DNA of 64,000 nucleotides, taken from positions 71,970-135,969 of the forward strand of contig JAFGJK010000065.1 in the NCBI GenBank assembly GCA_016929135.1, written 5' to 3'. Origin of the DNA: Spirochaetota bacterium (GTDB taxonomy: Bacteria; Spirochaetota; UBA4802; UBA5550). Within the stretch, counting starts at the first letter, position 1. Each line of letters begins with the position of its first letter. The notes under the pieces are model-generated. The model saw only the letters and a list, made by a program, of their open reading frames with translations. It did no database searches and was not told the origin of the DNA. The translations under genes were made by a program, and so were the position numbers. Positions 55,508 to 64,000 of this stretch are shown here, in pieces.

Positions 55508-57894
55508 TGAACACCGGTATATCCTCTCCGCGCTGCGTCACTCTGGGAGATGACGATGCCCTGAATGCCGGGGGCAAGGCGGCGGGGCTCACCAGGCTGA
55601 TCAATGCCGGCCTCAGGGTACCCGAGGGATTCGTCGTGATGGGAGCGGACCCCGGGGCGCTCCCGCCGGAGCTCCCGGAGCGGTACCGCGCCATGGGGGG
55701 AGGGGCGGTGGCGGTCCGCTCCTCCGCCACGGGGGAGGACGGGGCCGATTTTTCACATGCAGGGCAGTACGAGACGTTTCTCGACATCACCGGCATCGAT
55801 TCGCTTGCCGATGCGGTGACCCGCTGCATGAATTCGCTCCAGGGTGAGCGTTCACGCGGATACCGTTCCCTCTTCGACGGCGGATTTCCGGAGAGCATGT
55901 CCGTGGTGGTGCAGCGGCTCGTACGGGCCTCCAGGTCGGGGGTCCTGTTCACCGCGGATCCGCTGGGGGGCAGTGGCGATCTCATCACCATCAACGCCGT
56001 GAGAGGGCTCGGAGAGGCCCTGGTGAGCGGTACCGCCAGATCTGATCAGTATCTCTATACCCCCGACGGGACACTGCAGCAGGAGATTCTTCAGGGCGAT
56101 CTGCCGGTCCTGGAGGCCGGTGAGTGCAGGCTGCTCGTTGAGGAGGCCCTGGCGGCCGAAAGGCACTTCGGCCATCCCCTGGACATGGAGTGGGCCTTTG
56201 ACGGGGAGGGGGTGCTCTACTGGCTTCAGGCGAGGCCCATCACCACGGCCGATGAGGCCGGAATTGACGAGCTTGATACGCCGGTACCCTCAGATGATAC
56301 GGTCTTCACCCGCTGCAATATCGGCGAGATGCTCCCCGGTGCCGTGACGCCCCTATCCATATCGATCTTCGCCGAGGCGATCGATTTCGGCATGCGGGAC
56401 ATGTACCGCTACGCCGGGGCGATCACAAAGAGGGAGAGCGACAGGTTCATCTGCAGCTACAGCAACCATCTCTTCATGAACTTTTCGCTGATGCACACCA
56501 TAACCGGCTGCGTCTGGGGTTCCTCGAGGGACGCCCTCAATCTGAGCATTCTGGGAAGGGCCAAGGGGGAGGCCATCGAGGTGCCCCGGAAACCGCTTCC
56601 GGTGAGGCTCCTGAACAGCATCAAGTATTTCCATTACGTGAGCCGGTGGAAGGGGCGCATCAGGGAGTTGGAGAGGACGGCCGTTGGCTTTCGCATCGAC
56701 GTCGACCGCGACGATCCCGCCGCGATCTACCGTGATATCCACAGCAACATTCCGCTCCTCTTCCGGCAGTACATCAACCACTACATCACATCGGCCTACT
56801 CCGGTGTGATGAACGGTATCCTGATGGCGGTACTGGCAGAAGGCGGCAAGCCAGTGCTGGAGCATCACGAGAGGGCCGCCTCGCTTCTGGTAAACATCGA
56901 GGGGATCGAGAGCGCCGATGTGGTGACCTCCATGAAGCGCATGGCCTCCGTCATCGCCGGGTACGGAGCGGCGGCGGCACGCTTTGCCTCCATGGAGCCG
57001 GCTCTGGCGCTGCGGTGGATCTCGGAGAGCGGGCAGGAGGCGGTGGGATTCGACAAATTCCTGAAACGCCACGGGCACCGCTGCATCCGTGAAGCGGAGC
57101 TCCGCGAACGGGAGTGGGCCGACGACCCCGAGGGTCTCGTGGAAACGATCCAGTCCATGGTCCGTGCAAAGCTGGCGGGGACAGGATCTGTCGGAGATGA
57201 CGGCAGGGAAAATGGCGGTGATGCCCCGCTGCCGGAGTCGCGGGCCTTCCGCTGGGCGCTGAAGAAGGCACGCAGCGGGGTGGGTGCCAGGGAGTATTCG
57301 AAGGCCCTGGTGATCCGTGTGCAGCACCAGATCAAGATCGCCTACCGGCGGATGGGAACCCTCCTGGCGGAGCGGGGAGCGATTCCCGACGGTGACCTGG
57401 TCTACTTCTTCACCCACCAGGAGCTGGGACGATTGCTGCAGGGGGAACGGCCGCTGGTGAAGAGGGCGATGAAACGCCGCAGGCTTCTGCCGGAGCAGAT
57501 GGCCCTCTACTTCCCCGACATCTGCCGCGGCAGGCCGGTTCCGGTGACGCCGGGGAGCGGTGTCGAGGGGGACGGGACGGTCTTCCGGGGAATCCCGGTG
57601 AGCCGCGGCATGGCGGAGGGGAGCGCCAGGGTCGTTCTGACGCAAGAGGACGCCCGATCGCTTCAGCCTGGCGAAATCATGGTGGCACGGTTCACCGACA
57701 TCGGTTGGACCCCCTTCTACGGCATGGCGGCCGGGCTGGTCACCGAGATCGGGAGCGCCCTCTCCCACGGGGCCGTGGTGGCCAGGGAGTACGGGCTTCC
57801 CATGGTGGTGAATGTTGCCGGTGCCACCGCCCGCATCGTCACCGGCGAGAGGTTACGACTGAACGCCTACGAGGGGACGCTGGTCAAGCTCTGA
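55504..57894 (+). CDS. PEP-synthase / rifampicin-phosphotransferase-like enzyme (N-terminal PPDK_N ATP-grasp, C-terminal PEP-utiliser swivel His domain)
   Basis: GGKAAGLTRLINAGLRVPEGFVV, VAVRSSATGED, MEWAFDGEGVLYWLQARPIT. C-terminal GIPVSRGMAEG...MVARFTDIGWTPFY...GLVTEIGSALSHGAVVAREYGLPMVV. Confidence 0.85.
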   Translation: MMNTGISSPRCVTLGDDDALNAGGKAAGLTRLINAGLRVPEGFVVMGADPGALPPELPERYRAMGGGAVAVRSSATGEDGADFSHAGQYETFLDITGIDSLADAVTRCMNSLQGERSRGYRSLFDGGFPESMSVVVQRLVRASRSGVLFTADPLGGSGDLITINAVRGLGEALVSGTARSDQYLYTPDGTLQQEILQGDLPVLEAGECRLLVEEALAAERHFGHPLDMEWAFDGEGVLYWLQARPITTADEAGIDELDTPVPSDDTVFTRCNIGEMLPGAVTPLSISIFAEAIDFGMRDMYRYAGAITKRESDRFICSYSNHLFMNFSLMHTITGCVWGSSRDALNLSILGRAKGEAIEVPRKPLPVRLLNSIKYFHYVSRWKGRIRELERTAVGFRIDVDRDDPAAIYRDIHSNIPLLFRQYINHYITSAYSGVMNGILMAVLAEGGKPVLEHHERAASLLVNIEGIESADVVTSMKRMASVIAGYGAAAARFASMEPALALRWISESGQEAVGFDKFLKRHGHRCIREAELREREWADDPEGLVETIQSMVRAKLAGTGSVGDDGRENGGDAPLPESRAFRWALKKARSGVGAREYSKALVIRVQHQIKIAYRRMGTLLAERGAIPDGDLVYFFTHQELGRLLQGERPLVKRAMKRRRLLPEQMALYFPDICRGRPVPVTPGSGVEGDGTVFRGIPVSRGMAEGSARVVLTQEDARSLQPGEIMVARFTDIGWTPFYGMAAGLVTEIGSALSHGAVVAREYGLPMVVNVAGATARIVTGERLRLNAYEGTLVKL

Positions 57895-57951
57895 GCCGAC
57901 CCCGTCCAGGGATGACGGGCGCGCCTCTGCGAGATGAGGTGATCGGGAGAG

Positions 57952-58719
57952 TCATTTTACCGCCAGGTGTATGGCCGCCGCCCCGAAGAACAGCCTCCTG
58001 AAGGAGACGGTCTGGAATCCCGCCTCCAGGAGCATGATCCGGAGCTCCTCCGGGGTGTGGAAGTGGGCCGCCGAATAGGCGAGGTATCGGTAGGCGCCGC
58101 GGTCACCCGAGAGAAGCCCCCCGAGGAATCCCACGGTGAAGGCCAGGTATCGCCGGAAGAAAAAGCGGATCAGGCGGTTTGCCGGCTGGCTGCTCTCCAC
58201 GATCACCAGCCTTCCGCCCGGTTTGAGCACCCTCAGTATCTCCCGGATGGCCGGGTCCCTTCTGCTGTTCCTGAAGGTGAGGTTCCTGAAGGCGAAGGCG
58301 ATGGCCACTGCGCCGAAGGTCTCATCGGGGAAGGGGAGGGATGCGGCGTCACCCGTGACGAAGCGTATGGGGCCGGTTTTTTTCAGTGAGGATTTTTTCA
58401 CCGCCACCTCGAGCATGGCGCCGCTGAAGTCGAGCCCGGTGACTGACAGATCGTATCCTGCGGTTACCGCGAGCAGTATCGCCAGGTCCCCGGTGCCGCA
58501 GCACAGGTCCATAACTGAGGCGGGCCTCTTTTCGAGACAGATCCGGGCGGCCCGGCGGCGCCACCACTGGTCCATGCCGAGGGTCATGAGCCGGTTCATG
58601 GCATCGTAGGAGGCCGGTATTGCATCGAAGATTTCTTTAAGCGGGTATTTCGCCTTCACGTCAATGACCTGTTCGGGAGAACAACCGCTCCCTTTCGTCA
58701 ATGGAGGCGGGCGATTCAT
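57952..58719 (-). CDS. ubiE: UbiE/MenG-type class I SAM-dependent methyltransferase
   Basis: FDAIPASYDAMNRLMTLGMDQWWRR, SAM motif VMDLCCGTGDL, LKPGGRLVIVE. Confidence 0.82.
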   Translation of the reverse strand: MNRPPPLTKGSGCSPEQVIDVKAKYPLKEIFDAIPASYDAMNRLMTLGMDQWWRRRAARICLEKRPASVMDLCCGTGDLAILLAVTAGYDLSVTGLDFSGAMLEVAVKKSSLKKTGPIRFVTGDAASLPFPDETFGAVAIAFAFRNLTFRNSRRDPAIREILRVLKPGGRLVIVESSQPANRLIRFFFRRYLAFTVGFLGGLLSGDRGAYRYLAYSAAHFHTPEELRIMLLEAGFQTVSFRRLFFGAAAIHLAVK

Positions 58720-58841
58720 TCCGGCAGCGTCCGTTGCGCCGGCGGGACTCTGAATCCCCGGGACCTGATCTCTGCTGCATATGAGGATCCTTCCCTCTCC
58801 TTTTTATCCTTGGTATCATAACCGGAGACGATACTCCGCTG

Positions 58842-59303
58842 TCAAGGAATTCGCGTCACCGCAGGAGACATCCGACCGAATTCCGTATTCATAGATTCCC
58901 CCTGCGCGGCGATTCGGCGGGCGATTCTGTAGCCGAAAACATAGAGCGGCCCGGCGATCCCGTAGAAAACCCACAGCGGCACGAGTCTCTCAACGGGAAA
59001 GGCGGCCGCCGCCGCTGCGGCGATGGAAGCGGCAATGAGGCCGACCAGCACCGGCACAAGGGTCAACAGAATGACCCCGCGCCGCTCCACCGGTTTCCTG
59101 TCCGCCCACAGAAGCAGTGCGGTCCATCCCGCCATGAGAGAGGCGCCGACCCTTCCAATATAGAGAAAATCGTTGCCTACCGACGCCGGGTTGATACCGA
59201 ACATCGCCCCGGCCACCTCCGGGAAGAGGAGCGGCAGGACCGCGATGGCGTCAACGATCGCACCAAACCAGTAGCAAGTCCGTAAAAAGGTGATCTCTCT
59301 TTT
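58842..59303 (-). CDS. hypothetical 4-TM membrane protein
   Basis: Start MKREITFLRTCYWFGAIVDAIAVLPLL with a GGAGGA RBS. Hydrophobic throughout. Confidence 0.55.
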   Translation of the reverse strand, partial: KREITFLRTCYWFGAIVDAIAVLPLLFPEVAGAMFGINPASVGNDFLYIGRVGASLMAGWTALLLWADRKPVERRGVILLTLVPVLVGLIAASIAAAAAAAFPVERLVPLWVFYGIAGPLYVFGYRIARRIAAQGESMNTEFGRMSPAVTRIP

Positions 59304-59472
59304 CATCTGTATATCCTCCAATTTTTGTTATTCAATCGCACGCTAGCCTTGCGTACTCTCCTTATGGAGCGACAGCTCGTGACCTACTCCCAACGATGGG
59401 ATGAGTGGTGGCCGGTGTTTGGGCTTGTATGTATCTTCTTTAAAATTGTATCACCGGTGAAACATACTGATT

Positions 59473-59524
59473 CGTGGGGGTCAGAGCCCCAATATACCGA
59501 GTTCTGTATTTAGATACTAAATAC
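59473..59524. promoter_or_regulatory. left repeat block: GC-rich motif plus perfect palindrome GTATTTAG-ATA-CTAAATAC
   Basis: CGTGGGGGTCAGAGCC (59473-59488). Palindrome at 59506-59524. TTCTGTATTTAGAT (59502-59515) is the exact inverse of 60026-60039. Confidence 0.6.
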
Positions 59525-59539
59525 TGAATCAAAAAAAAT

Positions 59540-59989
59540 TCACTCCAGCTCATCAACAAGGCCCTCCATATCCGCCAGATATTTCATCACCGCATCCCTT
59601 TCCACCTGTGAATAACCCTGCAATCGGGCGATGATGTCCTTCTGCTGGGAATCCCGTGATGCGCGGTATTTCCCGTAGCTCGTCTTTCCTGCGGCGGTGA
59701 ATTGCACCGTGAGCCGGTTTTTATCATAACGGTCCTTGACCGTGGTGATTATCCCCTTTTTTACGAGCCTCTGAAGGGTCTGCGATACCGCCCCCTTGGT
59801 CACGCCGAGAATCTCCGCCATATCGGTGGCGCTGAGACCGGGATCGAGATGGACCACGTCCAGCAGGTGCAACTCCGAAGGATAGAGGGGTGATCCGTCG
59901 GTGATCATGAAAGGGCGCTCCTGCAGGAAGAGGAATTTGTTGATGATACGCATCTGTCGTTGCAAGATAGATGAGAGGCTTTCGTCCAT
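59540..59989 (-). CDS. MarR-family transcriptional regulator
   Basis: Winged-HTH LSATDMAEILGVTKGAVSQTLQRLVKKGIITTVKDRYDKNRLTVQFT. Confidence 0.85.
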   Translation of the reverse strand: MDESLSSILQRQMRIINKFLFLQERPFMITDGSPLYPSELHLLDVVHLDPGLSATDMAEILGVTKGAVSQTLQRLVKKGIITTVKDRYDKNRLTVQFTAAGKTSYGKYRASRDSQQKDIIARLQGYSQVERDAVMKYLADMEGLVDELE

Positions 59990-60018
59990 GTCGTCAAACC
60001 AACGATATAATGATTAGA

Positions 60019-60111
60019 GTATAGCATCTAAATACAGAAATGTCAAGTACTGAGGGAGGATTTTTCTGTTTTCCAGGCTCATCTGTATCTCTGCCAGGCT
60101 CTGACCCCACG
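60019..60111. promoter_or_regulatory. right repeat block: half-palindrome and inverted GC-rich motif upstream of marR
   Basis: GTATAGCATCTAAATAC (60019-60035), including ATCTAAATACAGAA. GGCTCTGACCCCACG (60097-60111) is the inverse of 59473-59488 minus one G. Confidence 0.55.
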
Positions 60112-60387
60112 CAATTTTACAGTACCCCTGGCAAACCGGGAAAATTCAAACCAGAAATGGAACATAAAGAGTGCACTCCTTGACCCTTGGAGGATTTTGC
60201 ACATTTTTTAAACCCTGGTGAAACATGACATACCGGTGTCATGGTTTTCTGGTATATTTCATGTAAAGACTGGAAGCCTTGGTCTGGAAAGGTATGTTCT
60301 ATCGGGAAAGGGCCTTGCTCCCGGCAGAAGCCTCAATATGAGGTTTGCTTCGTTACAATATTTTTTACAGAATCGGAGGATTGTGCA

Positions 60388-60966
60388 ATGAGTAGAGGAT
60401 TGAAGATCGTCATTATTATCGCCATCGTCATCGGGACCCTCGTCGCCGGTGTGGCGGGGTATCTCTGCTACCTGGGAGTCTTTTCGTCTCCCCAGGTATC
60501 GGTGAGTTTTACCGGTCCCTATACCTTTGCCTACGAGGAGTTCGTCGGCGACTACAAGGAGAGCGGTCCGGTCTTCGACAGGGTCTACAGGGCGCTCGCA
60601 ACCGCGGGATTCAATACCACAAGGGGTATCGGGGTGTATTTCGACAACCCGGCGGAGGTGCCGGCGGACAAGCTGCGAAGCCACTGCGGGGTGCTCATCG
60701 ACAGGGGTGATGCGGCCAGGATTAACCTTCTGGAGAAACAGTTCAAGATCGGCAGGATCGGTCTGCAGAGGAGCATGGTGGCGGAGTTCCCCATCAAGGG
60801 AACCCTGTCGTACATGATCGGCCCCATGCGGGCCTACCCTGCGCTGGCGGACTACGCCAAGGGGAAGGGCTACGGGATTCATGTCAGCTACGAGGTCTAT
60901 GACGAGAACAGCAAGACGATCTACTATATCGTCCCCATAGCGGATGGTGCGGGCGAGCAGCACTGA
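60388..60966 (+). CDS. GyrI-like/SOUL-like small-molecule-binding domain protein with N-terminal TM anchor
   Basis: ATG at 60388 after GGAGGA. TM segment IVIIIAIVIGTLVAGVAGYLCYLGVF. The body (YEEFVGDYKESGPVFDRVY...GIGVYFDNP...RSHCGVLI) fits the GyrI-like fold pattern. Divergent from marR. Confidence 0.7.
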   Translation: MSRGLKIVIIIAIVIGTLVAGVAGYLCYLGVFSSPQVSVSFTGPYTFAYEEFVGDYKESGPVFDRVYRALATAGFNTTRGIGVYFDNPAEVPADKLRSHCGVLIDRGDAARINLLEKQFKIGRIGLQRSMVAEFPIKGTLSYMIGPMRAYPALADYAKGKGYGIHVSYEVYDENSKTIYYIVPIADGAGEQH

Positions 60967-60978
60967 GACTCGGCTCTG

Positions 60979-61020
60979 CCGCCGCGCTCCGCCTCTCCCG
61001 GGGTGAGCGCGGCGGTATTT
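60979..61020 (+). terminator. possible terminator hairpin
   Basis: 11-bp stem CCGCCGCGCTC / GAGCGCGGCGG with a 15-nt loop, followed by TATTT. Confidence 0.4.
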
Positions 61021-61115
61021 GCAGTCAGACGGTCCATCGTCACCTCGCCTATTTTTCCATGGGCCCGTATTAATTTCTTGAAGAAAAAGGCCGAATTCCG
61101 CACTATCGCCACTCT

Positions 61116-61577
61116 ATGAGATACTTCAGGATCAACCTGTACCTTCTGGCCGCCTTCACCGTCTGCCTGGCGCTCCTGTTGCCGTCGTGCAAGGAAGAGC
61201 ATTTTCCCGAACCGGCACAGGTCTTCTCACGATGGTCATCGGCGCTGAAAAACCTCAATTACGGTGAGTACCGGCAATGCGAGGCCTTTCCGAAGGAGGA
61301 GGGTGTCTTCCGTGACATGTACCGCTTTACCTATTATACCGACTGTGCGGTCCGGGAGTTCGAGGACCTGGACAGGGATGACGTGAAGAAGAACAGCAAG
61401 GGGGAGCGGTACCTCCAGAGAAGGGTATGGTTTGAGTGCGCCGAGGTCCGCCGTGAGACAGGGCGTCAGACGCAGATTCTCCGCGGCGAGGTATCATTCA
61501 TTAAATATCTGAGCGGCGACAGGACCGGTGACGGCTGGTTGATGTGGAACAGGTCCCTGTACCGCATGGAACCGTAG
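61116..61577 (+). CDS. hypothetical lipoprotein
   Basis: Lipobox LLLPSC. 153 aa. Sits 9 nt upstream of the lolC-like gene. Confidence 0.65.
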   Translation: MRYFRINLYLLAAFTVCLALLLPSCKEEHFPEPAQVFSRWSSALKNLNYGEYRQCEAFPKEEGVFRDMYRFTYYTDCAVREFEDLDRDDVKKNSKGERYLQRRVWFECAEVRRETGRQTQILRGEVSFIKYLSGDRTGDGWLMWNRSLYRMEP

Positions 61578-61586
61578 GACCGGACA

Positions 61587-62891
61587 ATGAGACTCTACGA
61601 GCTCTTCATCGGCTTCAGGTACCTGAAATCCAAGAAAAACCAGGTGTCCATATCCTCAAACACCCTGCTCTCCATCTTCATCGTGTTCCTTGGCGTCTTC
61701 ATCCTTATCGTGGTGAATTCGGTCATGAACGGCTTCCAGGCCGCCATCAAGGACAAGATACTGGACATCGATTCCCACGTCACCGTCTCCAAGACGTATA
61801 ACGGCGGGACCGGCGCGGGGATACGTCACTATCAACGGCTGGCCAAGCAGATACTGGCGATCCCGGAGGTGCGGTCAGCGGATCCCATTATTCAGGGGCA
61901 GGGGATCATCCGCTTCCGCAGCTTCATCTCACCGGTGATGATCCGCGGCATCGGTACGATGCAGTCCTTCCCCAGCGATGTGCGGAAGTTCGTACGACAG
62001 GGGCCGAAGGACCCGGGGGGGAAGGCCGGGGTCTACATCGGCGAGGAGATGGCCAGGGACAACAACATCTTCCTGGGCGACCGGATCGAGCTGATCGTTC
62101 CCAAGGGACAACTGGCCGCCAGCACCGGCCTCGTCCCCGGCATCGGCACCTTTCAGGTGCTGGGCCTTTTCAAGACCGGGTATTACGATTTCGACACCAA
62201 GATGGTGGTGATGCCGCTGCCGCTGGCGCAAAACCTCTTCGAGATCGGTGATTCCGTATGGGGGATCGGCGTGAAGATCCACGATGTCTACCGCATGCGC
62301 GATGTCGCCTCGATGATCCGTTCCACCATCGGTTTCCACTACATGACCCTCACGGCAGAGGAGCGGAACCAGAACCTCTTCTACGCCCTGAGGCTGGAGA
62401 AGCTCATCATGACGATCATTCTGCTCCTGATCATCATATCGGCCGGGTTCACCATCATGGGTACGCTGGTGATGGTGGTAATGGAGAAACGGAAGGCCGT
62501 GGGGATACTGAAGTCCATGGGGGCGGGGCCCAATTCCATCATGGTGATCTTTGTCCTGGAGGGTTTCTTCATCGGTGTGATCGGTGCGCTGTCAGGTGCG
62601 GTGGTCGGGATGGCTACGGCCATCAACCTCGGCGGGATCATCCAGTGGATCGAGGACGTGGTGAACAGCGTCGCCGCCTATGTGTACGAGCTGTTCGATC
62701 TGGGATTCTTCTATCATATCAACATCGTCCCCAGACATGTCTATTATATTGAAGGGATCCCCACGGAGGTGGTCCCGGAATTCGTGGTGTTCATCACCGT
62801 CTTCGCCGTGTTTCTCTGCACCGTGGCGGCGATATTTCCGGCCTGGAACGCGTCGCGCATGAGTCCGGTCGAAACCATACGGTACGAATAG
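61587..62891 (+). CDS. lolC: lipoprotein-releasing ABC transporter permease (LolC/LolE family, FtsX-like)
   Basis: FIGFRYLKSKKNQ N-terminus, MacB-like periplasmic domain, C-terminal FtsX TM bundle (GILKSMGAGPNSIM...). Confidence 0.88.
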   Translation: MRLYELFIGFRYLKSKKNQVSISSNTLLSIFIVFLGVFILIVVNSVMNGFQAAIKDKILDIDSHVTVSKTYNGGTGAGIRHYQRLAKQILAIPEVRSADPIIQGQGIIRFRSFISPVMIRGIGTMQSFPSDVRKFVRQGPKDPGGKAGVYIGEEMARDNNIFLGDRIELIVPKGQLAASTGLVPGIGTFQVLGLFKTGYYDFDTKMVVMPLPLAQNLFEIGDSVWGIGVKIHDVYRMRDVASMIRSTIGFHYMTLTAEERNQNLFYALRLEKLIMTIILLLIIISAGFTIMGTLVMVVMEKRKAVGILKSMGAGPNSIMVIFVLEGFFIGVIGALSGAVVGMATAINLGGIIQWIEDVVNSVAAYVYELFDLGFFYHINIVPRHVYYIEGIPTEVVPEFVVFITVFAVFLCTVAAIFPAWNASRMSPVETIRYE

Positions 62892-62900
62892 GAGGCCGGC

Positions 62901-63599
62901 GTGACGGGAGAACCGATAATCGTCGCCCGGGGCCTGGAAAAGATCTACGGCTTCGGCAGGGGGGCCCTCAGGGTGCTGAAGGGGATAGATCTGGTAATAA
63001 TGAGGGGGGAGATGGTCTCCATCGTCGGGCCCTCTGGCGCCGGAAAATCCACCCTCCTGAACCTCGTCGGCTGCCTGGACCATTTCCAGAAGGGGAGCCT
63101 CGTGCTCATGGGCCGGGACGTGTCGCACCTCACTGTGGAGGATCTAGCCGGATTCAGGAACAGGACACTGGGCTTCATCTTCCAGCAGCACAACCTGCTT
63201 CCGGAATTCTCCGCGCTGGAAAATATCATGATGCCCCTCCTGATACGCAGGGAGCGATGGCACGAGGCCAGAACCGCGGCACTGGCGATGCTGGAGCAGT
63301 TCGGACTCTCCGATCGAGCGCACCACAAGCCGTCGGAGCTCTCGGGGGGCGAGTGCCAGAGGATAGCCGTGGGCCGGGCCATCGTCGGGAAGCCGGACAT
63401 CATTCTGGCCGACGAGCCCACCGGCAGCCTGGACAGCGTGAATTCCAGGAACCTCACCGAGATTCTGCTCAGGCTTGGCCGCGAGAGGGGATGCACCATT
63501 ATCATCGTCACCCACGATAAATCAATTGCATCGATGATGGACCGCACTATTTCCCTCGTGGACGGCTCGATCCAGACCGACACTAGAAAACCTGAATAA
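62901..63599 (+). CDS. lolD: lipoprotein-releasing ABC transporter ATP-binding protein
   Basis: Walker A GPSGAGKSTLLN, signature LSGGECQRIAVGRA, Walker B ILADEPTGSLD. GTG start. Confidence 0.9.
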   Translation: MTGEPIIVARGLEKIYGFGRGALRVLKGIDLVIMRGEMVSIVGPSGAGKSTLLNLVGCLDHFQKGSLVLMGRDVSHLTVEDLAGFRNRTLGFIFQQHNLLPEFSALENIMMPLLIRRERWHEARTAALAMLEQFGLSDRAHHKPSELSGGECQRIAVGRAIVGKPDIILADEPTGSLDSVNSRNLTEILLRLGRERGCTIIIVTHDKSIASMMDRTISLVDGSIQTDTRKPE

Positions 63600-64000
63600 A
63601 GAGATTTGAAAGGGCGTGGGTCACCAGCGCCGGGTAGAGGGCCCTCCTGGCATGGCAGAGCGCGCAGAGGGCAAGGCCGGAGGCCAGGTAGGCAGCGAAG
63701 GCCAGGGCAGAGTCAGGTACATGGATCACCGAGAAGAGCAGCGACGATACCGCCGCCGCCGCACCGTGGCCGATTGTCTCCCCCAGGAGCCTGAAGAGAA
63801 GGTGCCTGAATACCAGCTCCTCAACAGCCGGGCCGGCGGTGACCGACAGCAGCAGGGTGACGATTCTCAACGGCGGATCCGAGTACCCGCCACCACCCTC
63901 CGGGAGCAGGAGGAAGAGAGCGGCGAGGCAGAGCCCGCCGCAAGCGGCGAGTGCCGTGTCCAGCAGGCGGTTGTGTGAGGAGAAGAGTACCGCCGGGGGA
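63583..64000 (-). CDS. CPBP-family (CAAX-type) intramembrane glutamic protease, 5'-partial at window edge
   Basis: EELVFRHLLF, FSVIHV and THALSN motifs. I read the frame upstream of the ORF-track TTG at 63870, and it stays open and hydrophobic to position 64000. The 3' end overlaps lolD by 17 nt. Confidence 0.75.
   Translation of the reverse strand, partial: PPAVLFSSHNRLLDTALAACGGLCLAALFLLLPEGGGGYSDPPLRIVTLLLSVTAGPAVEELVFRHLLFRLLGETIGHGAAAAVSSLLFSVIHVPDSALAFAAYLASGLALCALCHARRALYPALVTHALSNLFIQVF

Noticed and set aside
56353-57768. 471-aa minus-strand ORF. Similar cases: 7560-8927(+), 21201-22385(+), 26234-27406(+), 47196-48389(-), 17050-18159(-), 9594-10571(-).
   Set aside because: All lie opposite or out of frame with genes that have strong family signatures. 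All are Arg/Pro/Gly/His-rich and lack an RBS or recognisable domains.
59456-60226. GGTGAAACAT direct repeat (59456 and 60217) as a possible target-site duplication of a marR cassette.
   Set aside because: The copies are not adjacent to the inverted repeats (7 nt versus about 105 nt away), so they do not behave like a target-site duplication. They are probably coincidental or a separate motif.

Overview
This is a 64-kb, visibly GC-rich (roughly 60%), densely coding bacterial chromosomal segment. The organism looks diderm: the window has LolC/LolD, an OMP beta-barrel and many lipobox or signal-peptide proteins. I cannot assign a taxon. I found no rRNA, tRNA, CRISPR array, transposase, integrase or phage genes.

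Recognisable housekeeping genes:
- etfBA, rpmB, rsmD, gltX, glnS
- a sirtuin-mutL-coaC-coaB operon
- Fe/Mn superoxide dismutase, ubiE/menG-like methyltransferase, lolCD
- an hsp20 gene behind a perfect CIRCE operator

Signalling genes:
- a 7TMR-DISM/PP2C phosphatase
- a 7TMR-DISM multi-PAS histidine kinase
- a REC + HATPase protein
- a HATPase-like + HDOD protein
- a PilZ protein

Five things deserve a second look:
1. A tightly packed 7-gene operon (12.7-18.6 kb) behind one near-consensus promoter. It encodes a helical orphan, an SPFH/triple zinc-ribbon YdjI-like protein, two zinc-ribbon/DUF4178-like proteins, a micro-TM protein, a DUF350 protein and a membrane-anchored spermidine-synthase homolog. 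It resembles Psp-type envelope-stress neighbourhoods but has no recognisable PspA.
2. A cluster (0.1-3.4 kb) of a stand-alone SET-domain protein, an ATP-grasp::SET fusion and a paralogous ATP-grasp.
3. A rifampicin-phosphotransferase/PEP-synthase-like enzyme translationally coupled to an unknown 356-aa protein.
4. A zinc-ribbon / HEAT-repeat / membrane-protein locus where the HEAT ORF has no stop before the next gene.
5. A marR gene bracketed by nested inverted repeats.

There are also several AT-richer islands. One carries a frameshifted SGNH hydrolase.

Many long ORFs in the six-frame track are antisense or alternate-frame shadow ORFs typical of GC-rich DNA, and I rejected them. All family assignments come from motifs read by eye. 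No database search was run.
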